From contig JBQLZK010000078.1 in the NCBI GenBank assembly GCA_052168235.1, positions 1 through 26,108 on the forward strand: a DNA stretch of 26,108 nt. Direction: 5' to 3'. The position numbers and the translations under genes are program-made. The notes below the pieces were generated by a model. It was not told the DNA's origin. It searched no databases and was given only the letters and a program-made list of their open reading frames with translations. The stretch is from Thainema sp. (GTDB lineage Bacteria > Cyanobacteriota > Cyanobacteriia > Phormidesmidales > Phormidesmidaceae). The first letter of the stretch is position 1, and each line of letters begins with the position of its first letter. Positions 26,053-26,108 of this stretch are shown here, piece after piece.

Positions 26053-26108
26053 GCCTAATCCTGTAGGGGTTTTGTACGAACCTATCAGAGAATCGCAGAT
26101 CCCTTGTT

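Overview
Cyanobacterial chromosomal window: the HIP1 octamer GCGATCGC is dense, and hik2, hpsE and a ClpB2-type clpB are present, consistent with a filamentous cyanobacterium. Contents in order: an ECF-type Ni/Co uptake cluster (lipoprotein, NikL/CbiL-like, cbiM/nikM, cbiQ, cbiO), an orphan Dam-family methyltransferase, a His-rich COG0523 GTPase with a small 2Fe-2S ferredoxin, a two-repeat lipoprotein, an aroF + ABC-ATPase operon, ridA, a NUDIX hydrolase, malQ, hik2, a lambda-lysozyme-like muramidase, an hpsE-hpsE-GT4-GT2-sulfotransferase glycan cluster, clpB with an unusual ~80-aa insertion, a DUF3082-like protein and a nucleoside 2-deoxyribosyltransferase. The main finding is in the ~430-bp leader of aroF (minus strand, below the ORF-track cutoff). 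A sigma70-type promoter is followed by TWO tandem modules that look like ribosome-mediated transcription attenuators. Each has a Phe/Tyr/Trp-rich leader peptide (MLYSSSFYFWFIKVHWK; MIASARWFYSFYFFRPILRVS), an antiterminator helix and an overlapping intrinsic terminator. The DAHP synthase they precede lacks the N-terminal allosteric domain. All pairings were read by eye; no folding energies or database searches were run.
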